The notes below the pieces were generated by a model. That model made no database searches. It was not told the DNA's origin and saw only the letters and a program-made list of their open reading frames with translations. The translations under genes were made by a program, and so were the position numbers. DNA of 64,000 nucleotides from Candidatus Kapaibacterium sp. (GTDB lineage: Bacteria > Bacteroidota > Ignavibacteria > Kapaibacteriales > UBA2268): the NCBI GenBank assembly GCA_963664875.1, contig OY761611.1, forward strand, positions 2,848,001-2,912,000, in the 5' to 3' direction. Numbering within the stretch: the stretch's first letter is position 1; each line of letters opens with the position of its first letter. This document shows positions 29,011-38,977 of this stretch, piece after piece.

Positions 29011-30041
29011 TTTTTATCCTCCTTGTATGTAATATCCTGATCGACTAAGTCATCTTCTGTAAGCGGACGGGTAACTCGCACCGCCTTTTTGCCATCGACG
29101 CTTCCTGGTCTGCCGGCAAGTTTTCTTTTATCACTAATGATGAGTTCGATTTCCTGATTTATGCGTTTATTTAGTTTAACAACATCACCAATTTTCAAAT
29201 CCATCAATTCTTTAACTGATATAGCTGCTTTACCCAATTCGGCAATTATCGGCAAATAAGTAGTTGACATTTGCTGATTGAGTATATTCATATTGTCTTT
29301 TTTACGAGCTGCAGAGAGTTTCACTGCCGAAGAAGTTACCTGCTGTCTGTTAAGCTTAGCTAGAACTTCCTCCAGAGCAAACGTAGGAAAACAAAGATTC
29401 ATCAGGTAAGTATTCGTTCCGATATTCACATCGAAAGAAACTACCACCACAATCTCTGATGAAGGTGCGATTTGCACAAAATCTGCTTCCATTTCCAAAC
29501 GCTGAAACTTAAACTGCAAATCCGCAATTGCTTTCCATGCATTTCTCAAATCAGAAAGAGCATGCTCCACTATGCTGCGAATAACAGCCTGCTCTATTGG
29601 TGTGATTGTGCGTGCATTAGATTGAGTTTCTGCAGCGCCACCAAGTAATCTTTCAACAATAGTCAGTGCAAGCTGAGGGCTAATTTCCAAAATACCGCTA
29701 CCATCCGTGCCCTCTATGTCAAAAACATATAAGCAGCTTGGATTGGACACAGACAAAATAAACTCGGAATAGAATAACTGATCCACAGATGTTACCGTTA
29801 TGGGAACAACCGTTTGCAGTTTAGAAACGAGATAATAACCAAAAACCTCTGCAAAACTTTCGTGTACTGTCTGCAGTGTTCTTACTTGGTTTTTGGAAAT
29901 ACGGTTAGGTCGTCTAAAGTCATAGTTAGAAATATCGCCCTTAGGCAAATTCCCACCAAGCACCTCTTCGACATCGACCCTACCGCTGGTCATCTCCGAG
30001 AGTAAACTATCTATCTCATTTTGCGATAAAACGTCAGTCAT
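29007..30041 (-). CDS. fliM: Flagellar motor switch protein FliM
   Basis: [22 protein letters not shown]-terminal SpoA domain. Confidence 0.97.
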   Translation of the reverse strand: MTDVLSQNEIDSLLSEMTSGRVDVEEVLGGNLPKGDISNYDFRRPNRISKNQVRTLQTVHESFAEVFGYYLVSKLQTVVPITVTSVDQLFYSEFILSVSNPSCLYVFDIEGTDGSGILEISPQLALTIVERLLGGAAETQSNARTITPIEQAVIRSIVEHALSDLRNAWKAIADLQFKFQRLEMEADFVQIAPSSEIVVVVSFDVNIGTNTYLMNLCFPTFALEEVLAKLNRQQVTSSAVKLSAARKKDNMNILNQQMSTTYLPIIAELGKAAISVKELMDLKIGDVVKLNKRINQEIELIISDKRKLAGRPGSVDGKKAVRVTRPLTEDDLVDQDITYKEDKK

Positions 30042-30072
30042 AGCCTTCCTTTGCTACAAGATTACAATCATC

Positions 30073-30720
30073 CTATTGAATCAAAAATTCAACCAACACT
30101 ACATCTCTCAAATAGATTTTGTGTTTTTTATATACAACTCTTATGTCATCTCTAAGTTTTGTTCTGAGAGCTTCTCTGTCTTGAAGCTGCTCAACAGTCA
30201 TTGAGCCTATTGTGTTATTGATTACCCCTTTGACTCTCGCCATGACCGGATCAGGCCCCGCAGGAGCACCACCACCGTGACCTCCGCCACCTTCTTCTTC
30301 GCCCTCAGTGTGTTTTTTTCTATACTCTAACCCCAAATTTAGTATCACAAAAGATGTACTACCTTTCGGGTTAGTAGTAATTCTGCCGGTTTCCATAAAC
30401 TCAACATTATCGTCACCGTGCAAAACATTTTCTTCTTCCAAATCATCTACAGATGCTTCATCGCCTTCTTCTGCGTGTTCATCTGAGGACTTATGTTTAT
30501 TATCGACCTTTTCCGTATGTTCTTTACCACCTTCTTGTGGCTCTGCAGCAGTTGGCTGCCCGACAAAGAACTTTATAGCCAGTATAATGATAACTGTATT
30601 TAAAATCAAACCACCCGCAATCACACCAATCCACATTGGAGTAGAAAGTCCACCTCCGCTTTTCTTGGGTTTTTTCGTGGGCATTTCCGGTTCTTGTACG
30701 CCTTGTTGTTCTTCAGCCAT
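30073..30720 (-). CDS. fliL: Flagellar basal body-associated protein FliL
   Basis: Single TM, acidic linker, ITTNP..., terminal EFLIQ; precedes fliM. Confidence 0.88.
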   Translation of the reverse strand: MAEEQQGVQEPEMPTKKPKKSGGGLSTPMWIGVIAGGLILNTVIIILAIKFFVGQPTAAEPQEGGKEHTEKVDNKHKSSDEHAEEGDEASVDDLEEENVLHGDDNVEFMETGRITTNPKGSTSFVILNLGLEYRKKHTEGEEEGGGGHGGGAPAGPDPVMARVKGVINNTIGSMTVEQLQDREALRTKLRDDIRVVYKKHKIYLRDVVLVEFLIQ

Positions 30721-30823
30721 TGTGTACTTCTGTTATATTATTAAACATACTATTCCGTAATATCAATAAAGTTAGCTTGAAAAGCAAGCTATAAGGCAAA
30801 ATATTTTTATCCTTATTCTTTAC

Positions 30824-30840
30824 AACGAAAATAATGCCAA
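30824..30840 (-). promoter_or_regulatory. sigma54-like motif upstream of fliL
   Basis: Minus strand TTGGCATTATTTTCGTT (GG-N10-GT). Confidence 0.45.
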
Positions 30841-30999
30841 TCTATGGTATGTTTACTAAACAACTTATATATAAAGAGGGCGGTAAGGGAAGCCGGATAA
30901 AGTAGTGTCGAATAATTGTCAAACTAAAAAAGTATGAGGCTAATAATATCCATTATTGTAGTAATAGCAGATGTTTTCTTTTGGGCTTTATATTATCTA

Positions 31000-31040
31000 A
31001 AAAAACAACCGGTTCAAAATAATTCTGACCGGTTGTTTTT
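31000..31040 (-). terminator. Intrinsic terminator of TPR gene
   Basis: aaaaacaaccggt/accggttgttttt inverted repeat. Confidence 0.75.
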
Positions 31041-31075
31041 ATAAATGCTTTTATGTAAAATGCTTCGGACTATTG

Positions 31076-32521
31076 CTAATCTTCTAAAGCATCTAAAATA
31101 TCAAGTACTATTTTTTCTACAAGTTCTTCTTTGTAGCCTTCTTCTGCAAGATCTTCAGCCAATACAGGAAGAATGTTGTAGTCTAATTCGCAAGCTTCAG
31201 TAAAAAAGTTTACAGCACTGTCATACTTGTCTCTGCTTAGCTCTATGCGTCCGATATAGTAATAAGACTCTGAATGCTCTGGGCTAAGCTGAATGCTTTT
31301 ATTCAAAGCGTGTTCTGCCTTTTTAAAAAACTTGAGTTCGTAACAAGTACGTGCATAATCGAACCAACAATCTGCATTATTAGGATTGACATCACAAGCC
31401 TTTTCATAAGCCTTGCAGGCTTTTTTTAGTTCGTTATTGTTGTAGTATGCATCACCAAGAGAGTATAGCACTTCGAAACTATACGGATTGATTTCAAGAG
31501 CCTTATTGTAGTCATCTATTGCTTTGTCGAACGATTCGATTGCGTCGTAGCATATCGCTCTGCCAAAGTAAGAAGAACTTTTTTTAGGATTTTTAGTCAA
31601 AATCTGAGTAAAGATTTCAATTGCAGCTACGTAGTTCCCTGCATCGCCAAGTGCACTTGCAAGAAACTGTTTGGCTTCCAAATCATTGGGATTGACAGCA
31701 AGAGCTCTACGGAAACAATCAGTAGCTTCTTCCAACTGCTCGAGGTGCATCAAAGAGTGACCTTTATGTACCCAAGCATCAGCGAACTCCTCTTCAATCA
31801 GCACCGCATAGTCAAAAGCTTTTATTGCTTCCTCGTACTTCCCTGTGTGATTGTAGAGCAAACCACAATTATACCATAAATCACTATCGAATGGGTTTTC
31901 ATCAACAGCTTTGATGTAATACTCCAATGAGAGTTCAAATTCGCCAATGCAATTATAGGAATAAGCTATTTCCTGATATACATCTTTGACAAACTCTTTG
32001 GATTGGGCTAAATATTGAAATATCTCAACAGCCTGAAGGTGGAATTCGTTTTGCTGCAAAATAGCAGCTTTGGAAAACATAGCCTCTTCATTGCCACTAT
32101 TGTACTCCAAAACCGAATTAATCATCTCCAAAGCTTCTTTATGGTTGCCAAGCGAATCAAGAACTGCAGCTTTATGAATTAGCATGTCCTGATCCATTGG
32201 GTCAAAAGTGAGTGCTTTGTCCACTGCCTCCAAAGCTTTTTTATAATCGCCCAAACCGGCATGGCACATTGATTTTTTATACCATGGGTCAGAAGAAAAT
32301 TGATTGTATTCCAGCAGATAACTGACAAATGACAGAGCGTCAGAATAGTCTTCCTTTGTTAGGCAGTAATCTATCATTTTGTCGAGTGTTTCAGGATCAG
32401 GCAATTCCGAAGAATCGAGCTTGCGTTTACGCATGTTCTTTTTGTAGAAGCGGACTTGTTCGTCCATCTCCTCATTGAATTCATTCAATTCAAAATCATC
32501 AAATCCGGTCATTCCTGACAC
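31076..32521 (-). CDS. TPR repeat protein
   Basis: Multiple TPRs (WYNCGLLY...YEEAIKAFDYA). Confidence 0.9.
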   Translation of the reverse strand: MSGMTGFDDFELNEFNEEMDEQVRFYKKNMRKRKLDSSELPDPETLDKMIDYCLTKEDYSDALSFVSYLLEYNQFSSDPWYKKSMCHAGLGDYKKALEAVDKALTFDPMDQDMLIHKAAVLDSLGNHKEALEMINSVLEYNSGNEEAMFSKAAILQQNEFHLQAVEIFQYLAQSKEFVKDVYQEIAYSYNCIGEFELSLEYYIKAVDENPFDSDLWYNCGLLYNHTGKYEEAIKAFDYAVLIEEEFADAWVHKGHSLMHLEQLEEATDCFRRALAVNPNDLEAKQFLASALGDAGNYVAAIEIFTQILTKNPKKSSSYFGRAICYDAIESFDKAIDDYNKALEINPYSFEVLYSLGDAYYNNNELKKACKAYEKACDVNPNNADCWFDYARTCYELKFFKKAEHALNKSIQLSPEHSESYYYIGRIELSRDKYDSAVNFFTEACELDYNILPVLAEDLAEEGYKEELVEKIVLDILDALED

Positions 32522-32787
32522 CTAACATTAAAATACGACAGCACACATAAAGCAAATTGCAAAAAGACCTGATAAGAACAACACAATTTTGTGTTAAGTT
32601 ATATTAATCGACATTCCGAACACAGTTTAAAAAATATTCTAATACATAAATAGTAACATCTTAAATATTGAAAACAATTTTGACAGCGATGTGAAACGAA
32701 TAGTTAAGTGTATAAATTGAGAGTTTTATCCGTGAATTTGCTTATTGCTTCTACTGTATAGACACGAAAAAAAAGAATAAGTTACAA

Positions 32788-32821
32788 CAAAAAAACAGTG
32801 GCTTTGATAAACCACTGTTTT
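32788..32821 (-). terminator. Intrinsic terminator of the yicC operon
   Basis: aaaacagtgg/ccactgtttt inverted repeat with T-run on the minus strand. Confidence 0.7.
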
Positions 32822-32846
32822 AAAATAGACTTATATTATAATAATA

Positions 32847-33722
32847 CTACTCTATGTTCTGCACTTGCTCTCTGATTCTTTCCAATTCTTCTTTGACACC
32901 AACTACAAGCTGAGAAATATTGGCATCATTGATTTTTGAACCGATAGTGTTGATTTCTCTGTGCATTTCCTGAAGCAAGAAATTGATTTTCCTTCCTGCT
33001 GATTCTTTTGATTTCATAGCATCAACAAAGAATTTGATATGAGAATTGAGTCTTACTGTTTCTTCTGAGACGTCTAATTTATCTGCGAGAACAACTATTT
33101 CCATTTGCAGGCGTTGCTCGTCTATCTCATCTGATTCGAAGAGCTGAGCAATTCTCTGACGCAATCTGTCTCTTTCTTGCGGAACTCTTTCGAGAGCCAT
33201 AGATTCGATTTTATCAACAGTAGTTTGAATGCTTTTTACTCTCATGCTCAAATCTTTTGCAATTTCTTTGCCTTCTTTTTTGCGCATTTCGTCTAAGTTT
33301 TTGAGAGCTTCTTTCAAAGCTTTTTCTACAAGCACGTACTGTTTCTCTTCGTCTTCGGAGTTGTCTTTTTGGTAGAACATATTAGAGAAATGTAGAACAT
33401 GTTCGATTTTTATAGCTTCTCTTAGTTTCAATCTCTTTCTTAGCTCAGAAAGGTCATTGAAGCAGCTTTCAGCTAAGTCGTGATTCATTACAAACTGTTT
33501 GGATGCATCTACCAATTCTATATTGACATTGACGTTGACGCTACCCCTGCTTATAATAGTTCTTACAGCTTCTCGTATTTGAAGCTCTTTGTGCTGTAGA
33601 TTGCGAGGCATTCTTGTGCTTACTTCGAGGTATCTTCCATTAAGACTTTTCACCTCGACCGTTACGGAAATGCCGTCTTCTGTAATTTCGGCTTTACTAA
33701 AGCCGGTCATGCTTTTAAACAT
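32847..33722 (-). CDS. yicC: YicC/YloC family endoribonuclease
   Basis: SMTGF, KSLNGRYL, DVSEE..RL.SH, GRKINFLLQEMHREINTIGSK, IREQVQNIE. Confidence 0.95.
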   Translation of the reverse strand: MFKSMTGFSKAEITEDGISVTVEVKSLNGRYLEVSTRMPRNLQHKELQIREAVRTIISRGSVNVNVNIELVDASKQFVMNHDLAESCFNDLSELRKRLKLREAIKIEHVLHFSNMFYQKDNSEDEEKQYVLVEKALKEALKNLDEMRKKEGKEIAKDLSMRVKSIQTTVDKIESMALERVPQERDRLRQRIAQLFESDEIDEQRLQMEIVVLADKLDVSEETVRLNSHIKFFVDAMKSKESAGRKINFLLQEMHREINTIGSKINDANISQLVVGVKEELERIREQVQNIE

Positions 33723-33753
33723 TGCTTTTTAACCTAATAATAATACATCTATA

Positions 33754-34302
33754 TTAATCTTGGGGCAGTTGGTCGCGATATTCAGAAACATATTTCATGT
33801 AGTTATATGGTGTTTTAGACACTCTTTCGAGCTCTGTTTCTGTCAATTTACGAATAACTTTCCCGGGCACACCGGCAACTAATACTCCTTCCGGTACTTC
33901 AAATCCTTCTTTTACTACTGTACCTGCGGCAATCAAAGAGTTTGAGTTTACAACCGCACCGTCGAGAACGATAGCGCCAATGCCGATTAAACAATTATCT
34001 TTTAAAGTGCAACCGTGTAAAGAAACTGAATGAGCTATTGATACATTCTTTCCGATTTCCAAAGGGTGTTTACCATTTGTTACATGTAGCATACAGTTGT
34101 CCTGTATATTGGAGCGATCACCGATTTTAATATGGTGAACGTCGCCACGAATAACTGTGTTGTACCAAACAGAAACATCTTCGCCAATCTCTACATCACC
34201 TATAATTCTCACTCCTTCACAAAGGAAAGCACTATCGTGAATTTTAGGGAACATACCTTTATAGCCAATCAAGCTTGCATTTTTTCCGGTTTCTAATTTC
34301 AT
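33754..34302 (-). CDS. Gamma carbonic anhydrase family protein
   Basis: Hexapeptide repeats, RGDV, SNIQDNCMLH, AHSVSLHGC. Confidence 0.93.
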   Translation of the reverse strand: MKLETGKNASLIGYKGMFPKIHDSAFLCEGVRIIGDVEIGEDVSVWYNTVIRGDVHHIKIGDRSNIQDNCMLHVTNGKHPLEIGKNVSIAHSVSLHGCTLKDNCLIGIGAIVLDGAVVNSNSLIAAGTVVKEGFEVPEGVLVAGVPGKVIRKLTETELERVSKTPYNYMKYVSEYRDQLPQD

Positions 34303-34330
34303 ATCTCTATCTTTCTGATGTTTTGTGTAA

Positions 34331-35578
34331 CTAATCTAAAATTTTATTGAGTTGTGTGTCTTCTGTCCTAATAATACAAAGACTATCTGCTCCTGCAAAA
34401 ATTATATTGCCATGCTCACTTACTGTTGGTTGCAAATTAAGAATAGGTGCATTGGAGAGGGAAAGTACTTTATAAAGATTTCCTTTATCTTTTTGCAGGA
34501 AAAATACTCCAATGGCATCCGGATTAGTGCCAACCAAGGCTATTTCATAGTTTGCTACCATAGGCGGCATTGGTACAGAGATATTTAAGTATTGCTTCCA
34601 TTTCTGATTGCCGGTCGAATCGTAGCAGTACACTCCTGTTTTTGCTCTACCCATGCCTGAATTGTAAGCAGTAACGTAAACATTTCCTTCTTTGTCTGTA
34701 GCTATATTGCGGAGCATAGCGGGAAGCATTTGTTCCCATTTCTTATTTCCAAGTGTATCGAAAGCAATTAGGTAGGAATCTCTACCTTTGCCGTTTTCTT
34801 TTAGTCCGCCCACAAAAATGGTGTTGTTGCCAAATGCCGGTTTTTGAATAAGTCTTGTATTTGCTACCATTTTTTGCCAAACTATCTTTCCGCTTTTATC
34901 TAAGAGAAGCAAACTATCGCTTTTTCCAAACTCGTTATTTGACAGACCTAAGATTGCATTTTCGCTGTTAGTTTCGGGTACTATCTCCAAAGGCTTCAAT
35001 CTTGTGTTGTAGCGCCAGATTTCTTTACCGTCAAAACCGAATTTGATAAATTCTCCTGTGCTTGCTGCAAGCAAAATACCAGATCTGCCTGCGATTAAAT
35101 CAGTAAATGAGTAGTATCTTGTTTTGTTACGGATTATCTGCTTTTTCCAGCGTAGTTTGCCTTTGTAATCTAAAGAATAAAGACAATCGTCTGATGCGAT
35201 AAAATAAATATTTTTATCCAAGTCAGCAGCAAATGTGCCTACCGGAAAAATGCCTTCATCCAATTTGTAATTCCAAAGTGCAGAAATATAGGTCATCAAA
35301 AATATATTTCCGGACTTATCTGCAAACACTGTCTCATTTTCTGAAATGGATAATGGTGGTATCACTGCACCTCGTGCATTGATTACAACAGAATCCTGCT
35401 TCTGAATATTAACATCTGCGTAGGAAACTTTGTGGTACTCTTTGAAGAATTTTTCGTATCGCTGATAATTATTATTGCCGTTTGGACCTCCATATTGGCT
35501 GTAAGGCAGCATCTCCTTTTCTTCGGAGCACGCAGACAATCCTACGACGATGCAAATCAGTGTTAGAAATTTCTTCAT
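34331..35578 (-). CDS. PQQ-like beta-propeller lipoprotein
   Basis: LSAC lipobox; repeated D..G..(K/I)W blades. Confidence 0.8.
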   Translation of the reverse strand: MKKFLTLICIVVGLSACSEEKEMLPYSQYGGPNGNNNYQRYEKFFKEYHKVSYADVNIQKQDSVVINARGAVIPPLSISENETVFADKSGNIFLMTYISALWNYKLDEGIFPVGTFAADLDKNIYFIASDDCLYSLDYKGKLRWKKQIIRNKTRYYSFTDLIAGRSGILLAASTGEFIKFGFDGKEIWRYNTRLKPLEIVPETNSENAILGLSNNEFGKSDSLLLLDKSGKIVWQKMVANTRLIQKPAFGNNTIFVGGLKENGKGRDSYLIAFDTLGNKKWEQMLPAMLRNIATDKEGNVYVTAYNSGMGRAKTGVYCYDSTGNQKWKQYLNISVPMPPMVANYEIALVGTNPDAIGVFFLQKDKGNLYKVLSLSNAPILNLQPTVSEHGNIIFAGADSLCIIRTEDTQLNKILD

Positions 35579-35579
35579 A

Positions 35580-36623
35580 TTACTTTACATCCCTTACAAT
35601 TCTGATACCGCAAAGCATTTTTTCAAGATTTTTAGTTCTGAAAGCAGAGCGACATTCGGTATTGCCTGATTGATAATTGCCGCCTCGGACGACTCTTTCG
35701 CTTCCCTCTGTTGCTCCCTGCGGGTCTTCATTAGGGGAAGAAGAGTAGTAGTCAGGAGCATATAAGTCAAAACACCATTCGCTTACATTTCCGTGCATAT
35801 CAAAAATGCCAAAATCATTTGCTGTTTTTTTGCCAATCGGCTGCAGTTGCATACCGGAATTAGCAGAATACCATCCCATATCTTCTAATCTTCCGTTTCC
35901 GGAAAAATCATTTGATTTGCCTGCTCGGCACAGGAATTCCCATTCTGCTTCAGTTGGCAGTCTCCAGCCATTAGCAGTATCTATTACGGTTACTACTTCA
36001 CCTTCAATCAGATATGCAGGGGAGTAATCCATTTTCTCAGAAAGGAGATTGCAAAAAATTACAGCATCTAACCAGCTAACATTATGTACCGGATAATCAG
36101 AAGCTAACATTTGCGAAGGATTTTCACCTGTGATTAGCTTGTAGAATCTCTGTGTTATTTCGTATTTGGCTACTTCGAGAGTTTTTGTGATAGTTACCTG
36201 ATGGATTGGTCTTTCATCTTCGTTTCCTGTAACCGACCCCATTGGGTATGTATTTCCGGATACTACAACAAGTGGCAAATCAGGAATCGCAGAAATCTTA
36301 ATTGGCAGAAGATTGGAATGCTCTCCGCTTTTGTCTATATAAATATCTGTAGAAAATGCTTGAGTTGGTACTTCAAACATAATTTTGTTACTAGACCAAA
36401 AAATACATCTGTCTGAAGTCATGGCAAAAGTTGAGTCGAAATTTACTGAAGAATTAGTGCCATTGCCGAGATTATTTCCCCAGATAGTGATAGTGTCACC
36501 AATATAAGTATCTGAATTTTCAATATTTCTAATTTCAAATATTCCTTGTTCGACAACGATATCTTCATTGCTGCAAGCACTCATAAGCCATGCGAGGCAG
36601 AACAAAACTGCTATATATTTCAT
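35580..36623 (-). CDS. Formylglycine-generating-enzyme (SUMF1) fold lipoprotein with N-terminal IPT/TIG-like domain
   Basis: MSAC lipobox; RLPTEAEWE, NDFGIFDMHGNVSEWC, RVVRGG. Confidence 0.88.
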   Translation of the reverse strand: MKYIAVLFCLAWLMSACSNEDIVVEQGIFEIRNIENSDTYIGDTITIWGNNLGNGTNSSVNFDSTFAMTSDRCIFWSSNKIMFEVPTQAFSTDIYIDKSGEHSNLLPIKISAIPDLPLVVVSGNTYPMGSVTGNEDERPIHQVTITKTLEVAKYEITQRFYKLITGENPSQMLASDYPVHNVSWLDAVIFCNLLSEKMDYSPAYLIEGEVVTVIDTANGWRLPTEAEWEFLCRAGKSNDFSGNGRLEDMGWYSANSGMQLQPIGKKTANDFGIFDMHGNVSEWCFDLYAPDYYSSSPNEDPQGATEGSERVVRGGNYQSGNTECRSAFRTKNLEKMLCGIRIVRDVK

Positions 36624-36942
36624 ATCTAAAAACTTAATTCTTAATTATACCTTTTCGTAGATAGTAAATATAAAAAAAATTTGCGTATTAAAGTTATATA
36701 GTTTGTTGCGAATCGTTGCTTAGCTATTTGATTGTCGCCAAATACGAGAAGGAGACTTGCTCATAATGTACGAGAAACCTTTATTGTTTGATCAATATTG
36801 CTTTTAGGCGAAAATCCTTTGTAGAAAATCAGGTTTTACACAAAAGAATTATAATATTTATAATTTATTGCTTGCTTAGCTAAATAGAAATTTACTAAAT
36901 TGTCGGCAAATACTTTATGTACCATTTTATTTGAATAGGTTT

Positions 36943-38721
36943 ATGGCAGGGAAAACTTTTGTTGAAAAGGTATTAAAAGCTCCCGTGGGAGCTATTGTTT
37001 TTGAAAAACCCGATATAGTCTTAACTCATGACAATACTGCATCGATTGCGTCAACTTTTAAAAAAATGGGCGGAGAAAAAGTTATAGATGCTAATCAGCT
37101 ACTTGTTGTTTTAGACCACAATGCACCACCGACCAATGCAAAACTTGCTACTCAATATCAGGATATTAGAAATACTGTAAATGAGCAAGGTATTTCCAAA
37201 TTCCATGATGCCGGCGATGGGATCTGTCATCAGCTGATGGCAAACTATGCGAAACCGGGTATGATTATAGTCGGAAGCGACAGCCACACCTGCACAGCCG
37301 GTGCATTTAATGCTTTAGCTGCAGGCATAGACCGCACGGAAGCAGCAGGTCTTTGGAAGCGAGGTGAGACTTGGTTCCGTGTACCGGAATCAATCAAAAT
37401 TACTTTAACAGGTAAGCTACGTGAAGGAGTGCATGCAAAAGACCTATCCTTATATATCATTGGCAAAATTAGCTCTGCCGGAGCTAACTATATGTCTATC
37501 GAATACCATGGCGAGGGAGTAGCTACTCTCTCTATCTCTGATAGGATGACTATTGCAAATCTTGCAAGCGAAATGGGGGCAAAAAATGCAGTATTCCCTT
37601 CAGATAAAGTGCTCCACGAGTATCTTGGTGCCGATATAGAAGGCGTGTGGGCTGATGATGATGCTAAATATGCTTTTGAAATGCTGATAGATTTGAATGA
37701 GATAATTCCACTAATTGCTGCTCCGCATCATGTAGATAATGTGAAATCGCTCAAAGAACTCGAAGGCACTGATATAGATCAGGGGCTCATAGGCACGTGT
37801 ACCAATGGAAGAATTGAAGATTTGCGAATAGCTGCAGAAGTGCTTAAGGGCAAAAAAGTAAAACCGGGATTCCAGTTGCTGGTAGTTCCTGCTTCAAAGG
37901 AAATATATCTTCAGGCAATAAAAGAGGGGATACTTACTACTTTACTCGAAGCAGGTGCAAATGTCTTGAGTTCTTCTTGCGGACCTTGCCTTGGTACAGG
38001 TCAGGGTATTCCTGCAGATGGATATAAGGTAGTCTCCACTGCCAATAGAAACTTCCTTGGTAGAATGGGAAATAAAAATTCTGAGGTTTATCTCGCTTCG
38101 CCGGAAGTAGTAGCATATACTGCAATCAGTGGAAAACTTGGACATCCGAATTTAGAAAGTCTGACAGGCAAATTCGAGATTGCTGAAAAATCTGAAGGAA
38201 GTACGATTTTAATTGATGCTAAGGATATCCGCAAACAAAATGGTGTTTGGGATTACTCAGATGTTGATAATTTGAATACAGATCAGATGTTTGCCGGCAA
38301 TTTAACTTATAACATACTCAGCTCTGACGCTGAAGCGATAATGCCACACCTGTTCGCAGGATTTGATGAGAATTTCACAAAATTAGTAGCAGAGGGAGAT
38401 ATTATAGTTGCAGGTGATAATTTTGGTTGCGGAAGTTCGAGAGAGCATCCTGCAGTAGGCTTGGCTCATGCAGGAGTCAAAGCCGTGATAGCCAAATCTG
38501 TCAATAGAATCTTTTATCGTTCCTCTGTAAATCAGGGTTTACCTATTATTATCCTGCCCGAATTTGTTGATAATTACAAAGCAGGGGACTCTATCCAGCT
38601 GGATATGTCAGCCGGAATTTTAAACTTAAATGGAAATACCTTTTCTTTTGCTCCACTTCCTGAAGAGTTAGTAAAAATATTTGAATGTAAAGGGTTGGTA
38701 AATTATCTAAAATCAATATAG
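36943..38721 (+). CDS. Fused large+small subunit homoaconitase/isopropylmalate dehydratase (LeuC-LeuD or LysT-LysU type)
   Basis: DHN, GICHQ, GSDSHT, GTCTNG, CGPCLG, TANRNF, then swivel domain NTDQ...NFGCGSSREH. Confidence 0.9.
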   Translation: MAGKTFVEKVLKAPVGAIVFEKPDIVLTHDNTASIASTFKKMGGEKVIDANQLLVVLDHNAPPTNAKLATQYQDIRNTVNEQGISKFHDAGDGICHQLMANYAKPGMIIVGSDSHTCTAGAFNALAAGIDRTEAAGLWKRGETWFRVPESIKITLTGKLREGVHAKDLSLYIIGKISSAGANYMSIEYHGEGVATLSISDRMTIANLASEMGAKNAVFPSDKVLHEYLGADIEGVWADDDAKYAFEMLIDLNEIIPLIAAPHHVDNVKSLKELEGTDIDQGLIGTCTNGRIEDLRIAAEVLKGKKVKPGFQLLVVPASKEIYLQAIKEGILTTLLEAGANVLSSSCGPCLGTGQGIPADGYKVVSTANRNFLGRMGNKNSEVYLASPEVVAYTAISGKLGHPNLESLTGKFEIAEKSEGSTILIDAKDIRKQNGVWDYSDVDNLNTDQMFAGNLTYNILSSDAEAIMPHLFAGFDENFTKLVAEGDIIVAGDNFGCGSSREHPAVGLAHAGVKAVIAKSVNRIFYRSSVNQGLPIIILPEFVDNYKAGDSIQLDMSAGILNLNGNTFSFAPLPEELVKIFECKGLVNYLKSI

Positions 38722-38747
38722 ATTTTCTGATAATATAATATATTAAC

Positions 38748-38773
38748 AAGCTCGATTTTTTATCGAGCTTTTT
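38748..38773 (+). terminator. Intrinsic terminator
   Basis: aagctcgat/atcgagctt followed by a T-run. Confidence 0.75.
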
Positions 38774-38977
38774 TGTTGTAATCAGTATAATGTATCATAA
38801 GAAATGTCTCGAAATTACGTAAATACACGCAACTTTATCGTGTTGCTAATGAAAAGTGAAGTTGGAATCTTTAACAATATTGTGTTAAATGTTGATAATT
38901 TTATTGTATATTGTTCGGATTGTAACTAAATTGTATTTGTGCGTAGAAAAGAGAATTTTATTTAGCCGGAGTGTAGA

